A stretch of 64,000 nt of DNA. Origin: Octopus sinensis (Eukaryota). The number at the start of each line of letters is the position of its first letter. Position 1 is the stretch's first letter. Positions 39,694 to 54,612 of the stretch are shown piece by piece. The notes below the pieces were generated by a model. That model was not told where the DNA came from, ran no database searches, and saw only the letters and a list, made by a program, of their open reading frames with translations. Made by a program: the position numbers and the translations under genes. The stretch is from NCBI RefSeq assembly GCF_006345805.1, contig NC_042999.1, positions 33,356,001-33,420,000 on the forward strand. Reading direction: 5' to 3'.

Positions 39694-40886
39694 CTAGCAG
39701 TATCGCCCGGCGTTGCTCGGGTTTGTAAGGGAAATAACTCTATAAGCACTTTTAGAGAGTTATAGCCAAAGAAATAGGAAAAAAATGCATTAAAAATGGA
39801 AAAAAAATTAAGGTAAATTTCTTTTTAAATCGTTGACACATCGTAGATATTTTTAGAGAGTTACTTCCCTTATATAATAGCGAAAAAAATGCATTAAAAT
39901 GAAAAAATAAAATATTTTTTGGTTTTTCTTAACCCTTTCGTTACTATATTTCTGACCAAAATACACCCCTTATGTGTTTCAATTAATTTCTAACGTAATC
40001 ATAAATTTAGTCTGGTTTCATTAAACAACTATAACTTTTTTATTTATGAATATATTAATCTGATTTTTGGAAGATAATTTAGTGAAATGTTCTCAACCAA
40101 TTCTATACTATAATTTTTGTCACAAAGTGACTCTAATTGCAGGTAGATACAGGTAAATTCAACAATATATAAAATTATTAAAATTTTGTTCAAACATCGC
40201 TATAGAAAATGGGTTATTAGCTAATATTCAATTGGGTATACAACAAAATTTTACGATAGAATTTGTTATTCTGGGTAACTTTCTGATACCCATAATAATA
40301 TTTATGGCAAAATAGGCCTTAATTTAATTTAAGGTTGTGGGAAATAACAAACTATCCTTTCTTTCGCTTTGTTTACGTTTAGCGTAATAATTTCAAATAG
40401 GCTCATTCGAAAAAGTAAAAAGAAATAGTTTAAGGCTTTATACTCTTCTGGGAAAGTCTGTGGCTTGGTGCAGTTTCTTCAGAAAAATCACCGAAAGAAA
40501 CAGTTTTTAAATTTTCACTCCATTCAGGTACCAATTCGTTTTCTTAATCGCTGTCGGATTCACTGTTTTCACTTTAATAGCTGCAAACTTGCAAAGACAA
40601 AGGAGGAGAAGGGTGATAGCGTCAGTGAAACAGTCGCTCCCTTTGTGTGTGCGTTTGCGTGTGGTGTATCCCACATTAAGAAAAACATTTGACATATACA
40701 CCAGAATGTGAGTTTTCTCTAAATTTTGCTTAATTGGGGTTGAAATTTTAAACACCGGACCTGGCATGACCCGATGCATTCTACTCTTAAAAATCCTAGG
40801 TAAATTGTAATTGAAGAAATCCTATATTGTAGATTTCTATAAATTACAAAGGGAGGCAGATAAAATCTGCCTTTTATAATAAGAGA
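39694..40886 (-). mobile_element. Non-autonomous Helitron with internal insert
   Basis: Minus strand starts A|TC and ends with hairpin cccgagcaacgccggg plus CTAG|T. The terminal part is shared with 61167-61563. Confidence 0.7.
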
Positions 40887-43800
40887 TGCACCAGAATTTT
40901 GTATGGTGTTATCCATAAAAAATTTGCGTGGTGATTATAATCAAAAATAAGCAACAAGAATGACTCCGGTAAATTGGTACAATTGTTTCGCACTACAACA
41001 TTTTATTAAAAGTTGTAATTATTACAGCAGATTTAAAATGTTGAGTGCTCTTCAGCCAAAAATATAGGTTTTCCAATAATACAGAAGCTTTTAAATCAAG
41101 TAGTAACATTTTAGAGAAGGTAGATATACAGATAAAGATGTAGAATTAAATATTAAGAATATTAGGTTGTGAAGTCCAGCCACTAACTGACCAAAACTAT
41201 GGATGTGTTAAACTAGTTGTAGGAATGAGGGGAAGGAAGGTTTCAGAATACCATAAAAGGAATTCAAGTTGTCACTAACAAAATGCCAATTACTGCTATA
41301 CGGTGAGAAGAAACTAAGTCAGTGTCAAAAGGTCATTTATCTCCTTTACAAAGAGTAGGAAAAAAAAACAAAACAAAAAACTATCAATTATTATTATGAG
41401 AAGACATAGAATTTTATAATTGGGGGTATAGCTTTATTAATTTTAAAACCAGATTAGATTTGGAAAAAATTCAATTTCAAGATTACAGTGTAGTTTATTT
41501 AGTCTTCTGTATAGATATATATATATATATATAACCGCATACATACATACGTTCGTATATACATATATAAATATATATGTGTATATGTATATACATAATG
41601 CTTTAAAGGCAATAACTTTAAAATAGGGTGCAGATGTTTCGCATAAAAGTGATTTACCGTGTGAGACTACTCACATATATATATATATATAATATTAGAG
41701 GGACTGGACAAATGGAAGTGATTTTCAACACATTTGGAGTGTGTGTGTATGTGTGTGTGTGCGTGTATATATGCACAGACACTGGTGTTTAAAAAGTAAC
41801 TACATACTTCATGCAGTTTGAATTCAGTTTAATCATATTGGGGTGATTGCAGAATCATAAGTATACAGAAAAGTATTAAAGAAATAAACATCCCGACATC
41901 ATGTAAAAACAAATACTCGGGAACGTATTGCGACATGATGAACGCATCTATACACAAGCAAATACCCGTAACATTTTTATACAAGCAGTATGAAATTAAA
42001 GAAAGTCTAAGGAGATATTTATTGAGGATGTATTTTTACTTTTGATTAATAAGTGTACTTCCCACTTCTATATATGTGATATTCAGTGAGAAATATATGG
42101 ACGATACATTGGTAAATAATGTTTCCACGAGATGGATTTTGATATATTTAATTTATAGTACCCGAAATATGTGCTTGAATTCAGGTATATCGATTTTATA
42201 TACATACGTTCAAATGTCTGCGAAACGACCTTCTATTTCTCCAAGTGAAATATATCACAACTCCTTGGTCCATTTGAGTAGAAACACCTGTGTTCTATGA
42301 GAGACTTATGACTTTATCATTGTTAATATTACTGTCCGTTCACTCCTAGTCAAATTGGGATATTGAGATGCTGCGGCGATATTCACAATATTTGAATATA
42401 TAAATGTGTGTTCGAGCGTGCTTGTGTGCCTTGTGTGCGTAAGTGTATACTTGGTTATATGCTGTGAGAGTCATATTATAAAATGTTATTCAATACACTA
42501 TCTATATCTATATGTTCAGCTAAATTCAACAAAATTGAGAAAGGTACATTGTGATCATAGCCCAGACACCAGACATTTGAAATTACTAATAGTAGAAATG
42601 ATACGTGTTTGTGTGCTGTGAATTATATTTTTTGCTTTCTGTTTCTACTGGCTATATAATCATAAGTCTGCAGCCGAATGTGTTTGAATGCGTGTCCCTA
42701 AAGTAGTATATAAAAGCATAAAAGTTAAGTGCCTGTTCTTTGACTGCAATGTGTCAATCAGTAATGTTCAGGACATAAATGGACATGATTGTTTTTTTTT
42801 TCTTCAAAACGAAAATAAGAATGCGATAAACTATGAAGCAATTGATATAAACCAGGCATTTCGACCTTTTGAGAAAATGAAAAAGCGAAATATCACACGT
42901 ACAACAGACTCATTAAATTATGAAAAGTGACAAGATGACGGGAACTTTATTATACATTTTGTAAAACACGCAAACAACATATGTAAACCACCACGATATA
43001 TCTCATTTTACATTGAATATTTAATCACTATAATTAAGTGTAATGTCAAGCTTAATATGCCCCCGAAAATGGTAATCATGATTGTTTTATGATTTAGATT
43101 GTATGTGATATTTATTATGTGATTAGTAGAGTGCAGTCACATATTTTCTTTCAGGAAATACAACTTGTATAACATTTCTTAAATTTTTTTCCCAATTCAT
43201 ATATTGGCAGTCCTCGTTTAATTTTATTCGTTCATTCCTGTTCGTATCCTAGGTAAAAATCTCAAATAGTTTTTAGAAATATTACTTCATACTTTCGTAT
43301 CAGATTTAATATTTTTGGAATCATTCCACCAATTTATACATGAATATATTATTGATTAATAGACGATAGCAATTATTCAAAATATGAGTGGATTTGCATA
43401 GTGAAAAAGTTATGCATATAAAAAAAAAACTTGTTTACTACAAAGATTTTGATCAGTTATTAAAACTGGCCCTGACTGGAGACGAATATATTTTTCTTGA
43501 TAGTCACTACGTCAATGTCAATTCAGCGCGTCGAAAATATGCACCACATTTCTATCGAATACATAAATCTTCATATGTTGATAAATATGCATTTATCAAC
43601 ACACACACACGCTCGCGCACACACACATATACACACACGCACACACACGCATACACACGCATACACACGTATATACATACATGTGTGTTTTGCGTATTTA
43701 TATAGATACTCTCAATTTAAAATCTACTATTTACATTGCTCAAGAAGACATGTTTTCATCAAAGAAAAGCCAGAAAAAACACCAATACTTTAAATTAGAG

Positions 43801-44242
43801 ATTCAGGAAATATTTGTTCGAAATTGTTACCTACAAAAGATTTTGTTCTTTTTGCAAAAAGGATTGTAAAACTTTTAAAAATATACTCGAATGAACTAGT
43901 ATGTACATGACTATAATAACAAAAACAAACAATTGTTTTTGTGATATGAAAGATTGTTTTATTTTCATTTCCTTTAATTTCAAATATTCAATGAATATTT
44001 TCAACAATTTCATTAAGAAAATATGATCCGCTCGAGAATCTATAATTAACCAGCAGACATCGTGTTTTCATACAAATCACAAGAAACACACATGAAGCAA
44101 AATATTCACAGAGGCACACAAGTTGTTACAGTTCACACACAAGCAACAAATAACGATACAAACGCATACTCTAATTCCACAAGCTGAAATATACGTTTGT
44201 GTTTGCGCGTGTGTGCGTGTGTTTGTGTGTGCGCGTGTATTC

Positions 44243-45264
44243 TGCAGAGACCTGAATAGGGGGAAATCCGAAGGAGCAATATCTGGTGCCTATGGAGGGT
44301 GGGATAACACATCCCAGCCGAGCTGCAGCAATTTTTGTCTGGTTCCCAATCAAACGTCCGGTGTTGCATTATCCTGTTGAAAAACAACACCCTACCTGTT
44401 GGCAAATTCTGGACATTTCTCTTGAATTACTGCTTTTAACTCGTCCAGTTGTGTGCAAATTTCTCAGAAATGCTGGTTACTTGGAGAAGCTCATAGTACG
44501 GAATTCCTTTCCAGTCCCACCAGACAGAAAGCAAGACATTTTTAGGGTGAAGACCCGCTTTTGGGGTGACTAAGGGTGGCTCATATCGCTTAATCCGGGA
44601 TCGTTTTCTCTGAACATTTCGGTAGATAATCCATTTCACATAAAAAAGGCGCGCTTTCATTCCGTTTATTAAGCGAATTGCAGATGGAAATACGATCCAA
44701 AAGGTCCTTTTCACTCGACTCATGTGGTACCCAAACATCGTAGCGATTTGTGTACCCAAGCTTTACCACGTGCTCATGAACGACGGATTTTTGATAGGGT
44801 GAGGCTTTCTGCCAATTTACGGGTTGTGCAATGTGGGTTATTCTCCTTTAATGAATGGATTTGGTCATCATCTGTAGTGGATGGTCTTCCTGATCGCTCT
44901 TTATCAATACGGCTACAATCTCCAGCTCGGAACCTTGTGAACCACTTCCGTACAGTTCTTTCGGATAGAGAAACATCACCGTAAACTGCGCATATTTCTT
45001 TGGTTGCTTGTGAGGCATTTTTCCCTTTTCGGAAAAGGAAAAGCATCAAGTGCCGAAAATAAACTTTCTTATCTTTCATTTTAAAAGGTTACAGAATTAA
45101 CACAGGTTATAAGAACATAAGCCTTCTTCCATGAAAAAATACCTTAAACTGTGCGCTAAATGGAGGTGTAGTCAAATCCTATTTTATGGACTCAACCATT
45201 TTCTAAAATAAGTCGAAATGTAAACTACTATAAATCGGCACGAACTTTCCGGACAAACCCAATA
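44243..45264 (-). mobile_element. Mariner transposon, frameshifted and 3'-truncated
   Basis: MKDKKVYFRHLMLFLFRKGKNASQA..VYG..RKWF.RF..RSGRP; PKAGLHPKNVLLSVWWD; GWDVLSHPP*APDIAPSDF. One TIR plus TA at about 45232-45264. Confidence 0.92.
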
Positions 45265-46200
45265 CTTACTGTGTCTACCAGTGTGCCAAGTTGAGCTTCG
45301 TTTTCTTTCCATAAAACTTTGAGTCGTCCATGTCTAGCGAACGGTTAAACCATGCCATTCAATTTCCCAAATAATATCCTGCTTTAGCAATTCCCATACT
45401 CCAGACAGGGGTATTATTATCAGCACAAGCAGGAGTGGTGAGATGCTATCGATTTACACAATGACATTCCTGCAGGTGCAGATTCTGTCTTACAGGTTGC
45501 CATACTTATTTTTAACATCTTTTCTACATTCTTTACCACACCAAATTTGTCCCCTCATTTCTCTACCCAGCTGTGAGTTGTAAAAACACATCTTTTTGTA
45601 ATCTATCCACGCAACACCTAGACCTGTTCCTAGTCTTCTTTTGCAGTTCCTCAGTAATATCTTGTCTATAAACACTTGATTATTTTGTCCCCCGCGGCCT
45701 GCGTTTCCAACCCTTCTACTCATATGGTAATAACCTTTCATTATCCACAAATTTTTACAGTTGGTTAGCAGTTTCAACATGACCCGTAATTGGTTAGCAT
45801 GCCACTGGTCGATAGTTTGACACTTCATTACGCTTTTGCACGTGGTTCAAGAATAACGTTGTTCTTCCATAAAGAGTTGAAAATCACTCCAATTCAGAAT
45901 TCTTTGGAATTAGCATGTAAAACTCAAGTGGCATGAAGTAAATACTTTAATCTAATATCCCGGCAATGCACGGGGCCTGGTGTCTCCCGATTTCTCATTT
46001 GTCTTATTTGTTTCTTTATGTTATTGCACTGTTTTCTTGCCTGATTTTTATCTTGTCTTCCATTCTTCCCATCCAATTAGTTTCATTATTATGCACAGCA
46101 CTGGTCAATATCAGATCTCACTCAAAAACCGTACACACTTTTTCGTATTCGGTATGATAACGTTGTCTTGAATCTCTTTCTTTAAACTTGTCAATTATCA
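45265..46200 (-). mobile_element. R4/Dong-type LINE RT fragment
   Basis: LGVAWIDYKK and MDDSKFY (a YMDD-type motif). Confidence 0.7.
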
Positions 46201-46207
46201 TCAACTT

Positions 46208-46302
46208 CATCATCATCATCATCATCATCATCACCCCCACCCCCCAACCCCACCACCACCACCACCACCTCCACCACCACCATCATCATCATCATCATCA
46301 TC

Positions 46303-46340
<38 letters not shown>

Positions 46341-46399
46341 ACACCATTGTAATCATCACCATCATCATCATCATCATCATTTTCATCATTGTTATCGTC

Positions 46400-46440
<41 letters not shown>
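46208..46440. repeat. (CAT)/(CAC)/(TAT)n compound microsatellite
   Basis: Direct reading. Confidence 0.95.
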
Positions 46441-46654
46441 ACTTCGTTTTTTTATCTGGTGTATATTAATTAGTAGGAAATTTAGCCAATTGAGTAATAA
46501 TAAAAAGAAGTAGAACTGAACAAGCATGTGTGTTAATAGTATTGTCATGTCCCTAGGCATAACAACATTATTATTATTATTTTAATTAGTATTATTGTTA
46601 TTCCTTCGTAAAACAGTGAAGGTAAAAATGCACCGGTGTCGTTAGTCATTTGTG

Positions 46655-47643
46655 AAGTCACAACAATGATCTCAGACAGATAATACTTTCTTAAGATGTG
46701 CGCTGTGCCAAATAAGGCTGTTTTTTGCAGGACATTAATCTTGCATGGGATTTCCAGTTGTCTTAAGAAGTTTTGAAGTTTCAATGGGATTCATCCCAAC
46801 GCTCCGATCACCACTGGTATCACTTTTACAATACCCTCTCGCATTCCATACAGTATTGCCATTTCCACTTTCAATTCGGAATAATTGGGGATTTTTTTTC
46901 AACGTCTTTACTCACAACATTTATGTCATTTGGTATCGTTGCATCAATGATCTGACAGCATTTATCTCTCTTATTCAATATAACAATATCCGGCCGACGC
47001 TGATCGATTTACGATCCGTCTAAAAATCATAGTCCCAGAGTATCGTTACTTTTCCATCCTCCTGCATAACTTTACTTGGTACATGTTCATATCAGTTTTC
47101 AAATACTTCATATAGGTATTTAAAGCATAGAACCAATGGATATACACACACATTTATCCGGGCGGTGTTTGTATTCTTTTTGTGCAAGTCTCTCAAATCC
47201 ACTTTACCAAATGAGTCACATTTTCCACACTCTTTCCATTATACAGTGTCTCCATGTCTGAGTGTCAAAAGTTTCATAGATGTTGTACTTCACTGAATTG
47301 GTGACGAGATCCTGGTCTTGTGCAGCAATGATCAAGCTTTCGGTGGTACGCTTCAAATCATCTCGCTTAAACCATGCTCACTATGCTGTATTATCCTTAA
47401 ATTTCTGTGTATTTCTTTCAAACTCTCCATGCATTCTCATTTCAAGGTTTTCCTTTCTCTTCTCCTCAGGTCTTGGGATAAACTCTTCCTTGCTCATCAT
47501 TTCATCCGCATTTACACCCATATCTTTCGCGGTATATTGCAGATGTCTTCATCAAATACTCGGCAGGCGTTCTCCTTTCACTACTTATGCAATGGTCTAT
47601 ACTAATTAGTCCGATGCCACCAATCCTTTTCATATACAGTCTC

Positions 47644-47645
<2 letters not shown>
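46655..47645 (-). mobile_element. R4/Dong-type LINE 3' fragment, same family as 11145-12290
   Basis: Colinear DNA similarity (atagtcccagagtatcgttacttttccatc). LQKTALFGTAHILRK terminus and RLYMKRIGGIGLI. (TAA)n at the 5' junction. Confidence 0.85.
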
Positions 47646-47721
<76 letters not shown>

Positions 47722-47734
47722 ATTATTATTATTA

Positions 47735-48505
47735 TATGAGAACTCACAGCTTATTTTGCTGGGTATGATGGAAAGTGCCCACAGCCAGCAGGCTAATATG
47801 ACACATATTGACTGGTCATGCTTCAGGAACCCGGCGAAGAATTCTTGTGGTTCTAAGCAATGCTGATTTTTGTAGGAGTTCTACCTTCACACTTGAACCG
47901 ATCTTTTTCAGCCATGTTGGTAGCCGATACTTCCAAGTGAATCATTTATTATTAGCATGACGTCTACTCCCTTCATTGACCACAACCTTCGTATTTTCCA
48001 CTTTAAAACTTCGAAGCTGCTTAATTTTCCTTCTTCTTTCACAGTCATTCTGTTGTCACCGGGGCACCCTATGTCAATAACCATATATGTTCTTTCTTTT
48101 TTATTCAGAACAACAATATCCAGTTTCCTAAGTCTGGTTAAGTGATCGCACTAGATCATTACAAAACACAGGATTTTGTAGTTCTCATTTTCGGTGACTC
48201 CTTGTTTTGATTTTTTCCATACAACATCTTTCTTTTTGTAGATCGTTATTTCCACAGAGCTCCTAATGATCATTCTTGCCACATTGCCATGGAGTCTTTT
48301 GTATTCGCGTTGTGCTAATTTCGGGCATTCGCTAACGATGTGCTGTACCGTTTAACCCCTCTCAGTTCACATTCTGCATTTGTCACTATCGGTAGTGTTG
48401 TCAATTCTGCACTTCATATAATGGTCCTTAACGCCTGTTCTTGAGCTGCGCATATGAATGCTACTGTCACTTCTATTCCATAGCCAACGGACCACTGTAT
48501 CTGCC
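47735..48505 (-). mobile_element. Second R4/Dong-type LINE 3' fragment
   Basis: KCRM..TVQHIVSECPKLAQREYKRLH..ELLQKSALLRTTRILRRV; bounded by (TAA)n-type tracts. Confidence 0.8.
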
Positions 48506-48525
48506 ATTATTATTGTTATTGTTAT

Positions 48526-48588
<63 letters not shown>

Positions 48589-48719
48589 ACTACTACTACT
48601 ACTACTCTACTATCATTATTATTATAAAAGATGTATAGCGTTCAGTGTTGAGATGTAGATTGAAGATATGTGTACCGGTTATTTGTGTTGACTCTGTAGT
48701 CACAGCAAAGAACTCAAAC

Positions 48720-50360
48720 AGACGGTAATTCACGCACTAAGCGTGGAGTTACAAGTAATGCCAATTTCTGCAAGACACCAAGATTGTAGTTTAATTGTGA
48801 ATTAACCAAGTCTTTCTTCAGTTTGGCTGGTATTGAAGCCAAATGTTCCGACGACAACAAGAACAAACGTTATATTCGTCTCTCGCCGTTGCCACTTCTT
48901 AGCGATCTCAAATTTCATGTCTCCATATTTGTGGACCTTCATTGTTTTTGGCGTCACAATATGTTGAACGTCTGGCTCTGTCACGTCGATTATTAGGCGC
49001 TCTTGATTGTTCCACCTAAAGGTCGCTATATCCGACCTTCGGTGGTCGAACATATTGCATATCTGGAAATCGAGGAGCCAGAGGATTTTGTCTTCTCGTT
49101 CTTGTCGATTGCTTTTTTAATTGTATATTAAAGAAAACACCCGTTCCCTCGTATCCACACTTCGGGCACAATAGCCAGCAAAGCTTTTGAACTACATGTT
49201 GTGTCTGCGCTTATAGTATTTCTGTGCAAGGCTTTCAAACGTGTTAACAATGCAAGTCACGCTTTCGACCTTCTTCCCACACATTCTGGAAAAGTAGGTT
49301 GCCCCTCTGGGTTATATATCCCTTTTCCCAGAGTTGATATTCCATGCATTGTCCTATGCAGCGATGACTAAACTTTCAGTCTTCATTTTTTTCCTTCCTG
49401 GTCTTTTAAATAGTTTGTTTTCGCAATGGAAAATACGGTGTAATTCTTGCAGATTCTCGTTGGCTCTTCCTGATAGGAATTTGTTTGCACTATCAACTCC
49501 ATTGTTGGCAAATCTTACTGCATTAGAATCATACGCTAGTAGTTATTGTTTGCAGTTTACCAAATACTTAGTCAATTTTCTTCTTATACTTTCGATGCAC
49601 TCCCGTGCGCTAATCAGACCACGTCTTCATGTAAAACCTGCCTACGTTCGCATTAGCCTGGAGGGTAACACGCATTTTCATCGTCTCTCGGGTAATGCCC
49701 TCGAGCTGGTCAATCTCTACTCGTGTCTATTTCAGAATGGGTGCACTATAGCGGACTGCCGCAATAGTTCATATATTGGCAGTCACAATGTTCCTTGACT
49801 TGAGTTTTGACTTCAAGAGAAGTTCGAGTCGCTCCAAATATACAGCGGTAAACTTGTATTTCATTTCCCAGTAAAAGTTATCGTCCCGCACCGGGATTCC
49901 AAGGTTCCACTATCATTCGGGTCTCCCATTCGCTCTTCGCTTGGCAATTCTCTGCCCCGGCAATCTACTCTTTTCGCCGTTTAGAAGTGAACACCAAAGA
50001 CTTTGAGGTTTCGAATTTCATTCTTTTATCCTTGCTGCACACCTGTACAGTTTGAACCAGCCTCTCCATTTCAGGCTCTGTTTTTGCAGACAGTTTTAAA
50101 TCATCCATCAAGGGAAGGTGGTTGAGAAAAGTTTCATTCTTCCTCAGGTCATTATACGAGTTGAATTAGTGTAAAACTACAGAAGGTGGGATCACAGCTA
50201 TAACAAATAACAAATGTGAACAATAATATTTCTGGAAGATTTCTCTTTCGATTGTTATCATGGTTAAGTGCTTGTTCTTACAGAAAAAATGCGTTTTCTA
50301 GGTATCATGCTGTTCTTGATTAGTGTACGCATATTCTCAGCTATTCCAAACATGTTGAAG
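48720..50360 (-). mobile_element. Third R4/Dong-type LINE fragment (RT to RLE)
   Basis: LNHLPLMDDLKL; LAQKYYKRRHN; HRRSDI..IIDVTEPD..KVHKYGDM..VVVGTFG. Confidence 0.8.
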
Positions 50361-50500
50361 CAGTGTAAAAATAATGTTTTAATGGTTTTAATGGAACACT
50401 GGTAGCATTATTAAGATTCTTTGTTTACTCCTTCTTCTTCCTCTTCTTCATCCTACTCTCCTTCTTCTTACTATTATCATCATCATCATCATCATCATCA

Positions 50501-50552
<52 letters not shown>

Positions 50553-50562
50553 CATTCTTATT

Positions 50563-50890
50563 ATTACTGCCTCCGAAGGCCGATGTATTGATTTCGTTTT
50601 TGTTTGTCCGTGGACAAGATATTTCAAGAACCACTGGAAGAAACTTCCAGGGACGCTTGGCCTTGTGGCTGGCACGAACTTATTAGATTTTGGGATCGAT
50701 CTAGTTCCGGACAATTATTCTGGATTATCTTCCCTGTTTCTTTTTTTTTACTCCATTTTTGAGAGCGGTAGGGTTCATTTTTTTAGTATTCTCGTTTGTG
50801 AGATCAGTCGAGTTTATTTCAGATATCCTCATTTTAAAAATCATTTCCGTCGAATCGTTGAGAGGACATTGGCGTTGCCTTGGCAGAGCT
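50563..50890 (+). mobile_element. Possible Helentron/DINE-1-like non-autonomous element
   Basis: Starts with tactgcctccgaaggc, has a short gtttgtccgt tract and ends ccttggcagag. Resemblance only. Confidence 0.4.
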
Positions 50891-50930
50891 CTTCTTTATC
50901 ATTATTATTATTATTATGCTTATTATCATT

Positions 50931-51256
50931 AAGGCAGTAAGCTGGCATAATCGTTAGCACGCTGAGCGAAATGCTTTGCGGTATTTCGTCTGCCGTTACG
51001 TTCTGAGTTCAAATTCCGCAGAGGTCGACTTTGCCTTTCATCCATTTGGGGTCGATTAAGTAAGTACCAGTTACGCACTGGGGTCGATGTAATCGACCTC
51101 ATCTGTTTGTCTGTCCTTGTTTGTCCTCTCTGTGTTTAGCCCCTTGTGGGTATTAAAGAAATAGGTATTTCATTTGTCTTCTCAATTTGAGTTCAAATTC
51201 CGTCGAGGTCAGCTTTGTTTGTTATCCTTTCGTGGTCGATAAATTAAGTACCAGTA
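50931..51256 (+). mobile_element. SINE family A, unit plus resumed partial unit
   Basis: Matches 21835-22064, then restarts at ggtatttc. Confidence 0.85.
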
Positions 51257-51412
51257 AAACCCTCGGTGAATTTATGTAAAGAACTTCGGTCTCTCCTCTC
51301 TTTCGCTCTCGCACTCTCTCTCTCTTCCCCTTCTTCCAATAGGTTCTCAGTGCTGCTAAAACATGGTCACTTAAAAGCTCCACCAAAAAATAAGTAAACT
51401 TTATCTAGTACA

Positions 51413-51475
<63 letters not shown>

Positions 51476-51477
51476 CA

Positions 51478-52018
51478 TTGAGTGAGAGAGCAGTTCATGC
51501 CATCAAAGTGACACTGGGGTAAAATATACGAAGCCCGATATACCCATCATAACTACCCGTCTGATAAGGGTACACCAGGCACATGCATTACAACCATATG
51601 TGCGTGACATGGTGATCTCATATCAAGATAAACAGCGCATGACCTTGCAGGTGGGGCCCAGTTAGAATTTTCTTCAGGTTGAGTAGCCCATCCCGCTCAA
51701 AAGGTCCCTGAAAAAGGGTTGTTTAAGGATGTTGAAAGAACCACCCATGTTTCCAGAGGTGAATTATTCAAACCCCAAAGAATCCCTCTCAACACATGGC
51801 TATGATGCTCCCCCACTACTTCTGCTCATGATCAGAGATGCACATATCGTCAGCCACTAAGGGACATGCTCAACTGGTTAAGGTCAAACAACTGACAAGC
51901 AAATCTGTGGTATTGAGCAGAATATTTGCTGTAGCCCATCTTTTATACCAAGACAAAACAATGTACATGATAACACTTCCAATCAGTTAAGATGAGAAGC
52001 CATGATAGCAACTGCCTG

Positions 52019-52020
<2 letters not shown>
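51478..52020. repeat. Unclassified insert of about 540 bp in a (TTA)n tract
   Basis: Higher-GC block with sharp (TTA)n borders on both sides and no ORF. Confidence 0.55.
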
Positions 52021-52108
<88 letters not shown>

Positions 52109-52863
52109 TATGTTTGACTTTTGCCTTACATTTGTACATGCCGGCTCCAAGTCTCACCCAGAGACCTCAAGAGACAACAGGTTGCAACCACTTGACATTG
52201 CATCCATTATTTGTTGGAATACAGCCGGTGACACTTTTACTCCAAATGGCAGTCGTTTCAAGTTGTACAATCCACGGTGCGTGTCGATTTTTAGGAGAGG
52301 TTTGCAATCTTCTGCGTGAATTCGAAGGTCCGCCTCTCAGAGGTCTAACTTCGAGAAAATTTTCCCTCCATTGCTTATTCTAGACTTGGTAGTGGGTAAT
52401 TGTGTCTGATCAAACAGTCGTTTAATCCGGTTGAGATGTTTGCGCATTCTTTTACCTTTTTTTTTTACGTAGACCGCCGCTGCTGGCCAGTCTGCATGGA
52501 CTTTTTTCAACACATAAACATTATCTTTATTGATTCGACCTTTGCACTTTGTATTACAGACACGCTTACTCGTGAAACACAATATATTTCCCGTAACACC
52601 ATATGCTATTTTGTTTAGACTACATATAATGATGTGTAAATTTTATATCTTATTAAAGGCCGAAACTTCGGTTGCCTTAATTTCGGGACACTATATATAT
52701 ATATATATATATATATAGTTACGCTTAGGGATGGTCATGTTTTGCGTTTTGCCATTTCAACACATGCGCAATACTATTTCTTTTACTTCAGCTTTAATAT
52801 TCTTTTCGTTTCTTTGTCAATACTCGTTTCTTTATCCTACGTTTTCCTCTTGTTTTGCGTAGT

Positions 52864-52925
<62 letters not shown>

Positions 52926-54612
52926 TATATATAAAGATATATATATATGTATATATATATATAAGTACATACATATATGTATAATGTTTGTGCATACATA
53001 TATACATACGTACATACATACATACATACATACATACATACATACATACATACACACAATAAATATGTTGCAGTATAGAAAGAATTTAATTGAACTTCTC
53101 AATAGATACGTATTGAAAGTAATTATATATCATCGTAGGTCATCCAGTGAATGCTTGTATTTATTTTTTTCATATTCTTCGAGATATTGCTGTTGTATTT
53201 TTGTACATTTACGTTTGTAAACGTTTTAATTTCAAGTTCGTGCTGTACAACAAATCGGATTGTTTTTTCCACAATTTCTGTAGACATTTAGTTGATTGGT
53301 AAAGTGTTAGAAAGTTGAACTGAAGAATGCTTCGTACATTCTCTATATGTTCGACGTTAAAACCTGCTCTTGTCAACATTACCTTCCGCCATTTTGTTTT
53401 CAAAGAAATGTGCTATTCTATAGCATTTGGTTATTTAAACTGTCAGAACATCCAGCTGCAATCCTAATCCTGAGTTCTTAGGTGATAGATATATTCTGAC
53501 ATCCGCGTTACCAACACCCACTGCAATAGCAGAGTGGATTGGAGGAAGTATTGTTGCAAATCTTAGAGCCATACATACCGTCTATATATATATATTCTAC
53601 CTTCTCCCATCAATTCTCAAAGGTATTATAAAGGGGCGTGACTACTAACATACATCATGAGAGGAAAAAGCACAAAAAACACCAATTATTCTATGAGAAA
53701 TCTATGCTAAAGTTTTGCTTAACTATCATCTATTTCTAAGTCAATGAAGTTGATGACCTAACAAGCGCTCAGTCAGTATCTGGATTTAGTAATATAATTG
53801 CTATTTAAAAAAATTATTGCGCTGATTTTGCCGATGATGATAGTGTCGTTATAGTTTGAATTATCAACACAAGCAAAATATACCTATATATCTAAAGCTG
53901 AGATATTTAGATCATTCATTTTTCTGCCATTATCACATATTAAACATCATATAAAACTTGAGATATTGTGTTGGTTGAATATGCTAATGAAAATCTCTCG
54001 AATATTATGCTACTAACTTAAATATACTGTGGTACTTGATATCGATCTAACTATGAAAAAATACACGATAGTGAGGTATCTGAAACTAAATCTACTGTAC
54101 AACGGCTGGTTTGGCGTAAGCAACATGAACAGCGAAATCTGTTTTTTTTTTTTTGTAATTTATGTTATAATATGTAATTATCCTGCGTGCATTATAAAAC
54201 AATTACTTTGTTGCGGTGGTGAGAATATCAAAATTATATAAAAAACAATGCTTGAGAAAGAATTGAAAGTAAAAAATAAGAGTGAAATTTGTAGAAAACT
54301 ATTAGAACATGTGAACGATTCGGTGTAATGTGAAATAATAATTTTACAGTAATATTTCCAATGATATATATTACTGTGGCAGAGCAAAGAGTAAACTGTT
54401 TATCTCAATACTAGTATACATATTTTCGTCATCGTGCATCTTACAATCGCTATCTTCAAAATTAAAGTGAGCGGATTTTTGATCAAACTGATCTCTTGTG
54501 TTAACAATCTGTCTAATTTGTTCCTTGGCACACTCTATACTGCGCTGTGCTATCCTACACAAGCCTATTTTTATAATTCGCTACAGTTTTAAAAGATCGT
54601 CTTTAATATTGG

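Noticed and set aside
52585-52740. cgtaac/gttacg pairing plus GAAA and CTTAGGGA resembling a third permuted hammerhead
   Set aside because: The core is not CUGANGA, there is no UH in register and no stem III. The GAAA lies in a simple hairpin.
53209-54580. Short non-repetitive minus-strand ORFs (53209-53403, 54371-54562)
   Set aside because: Lengths are compatible with chance, and no motif or splice support is visible.
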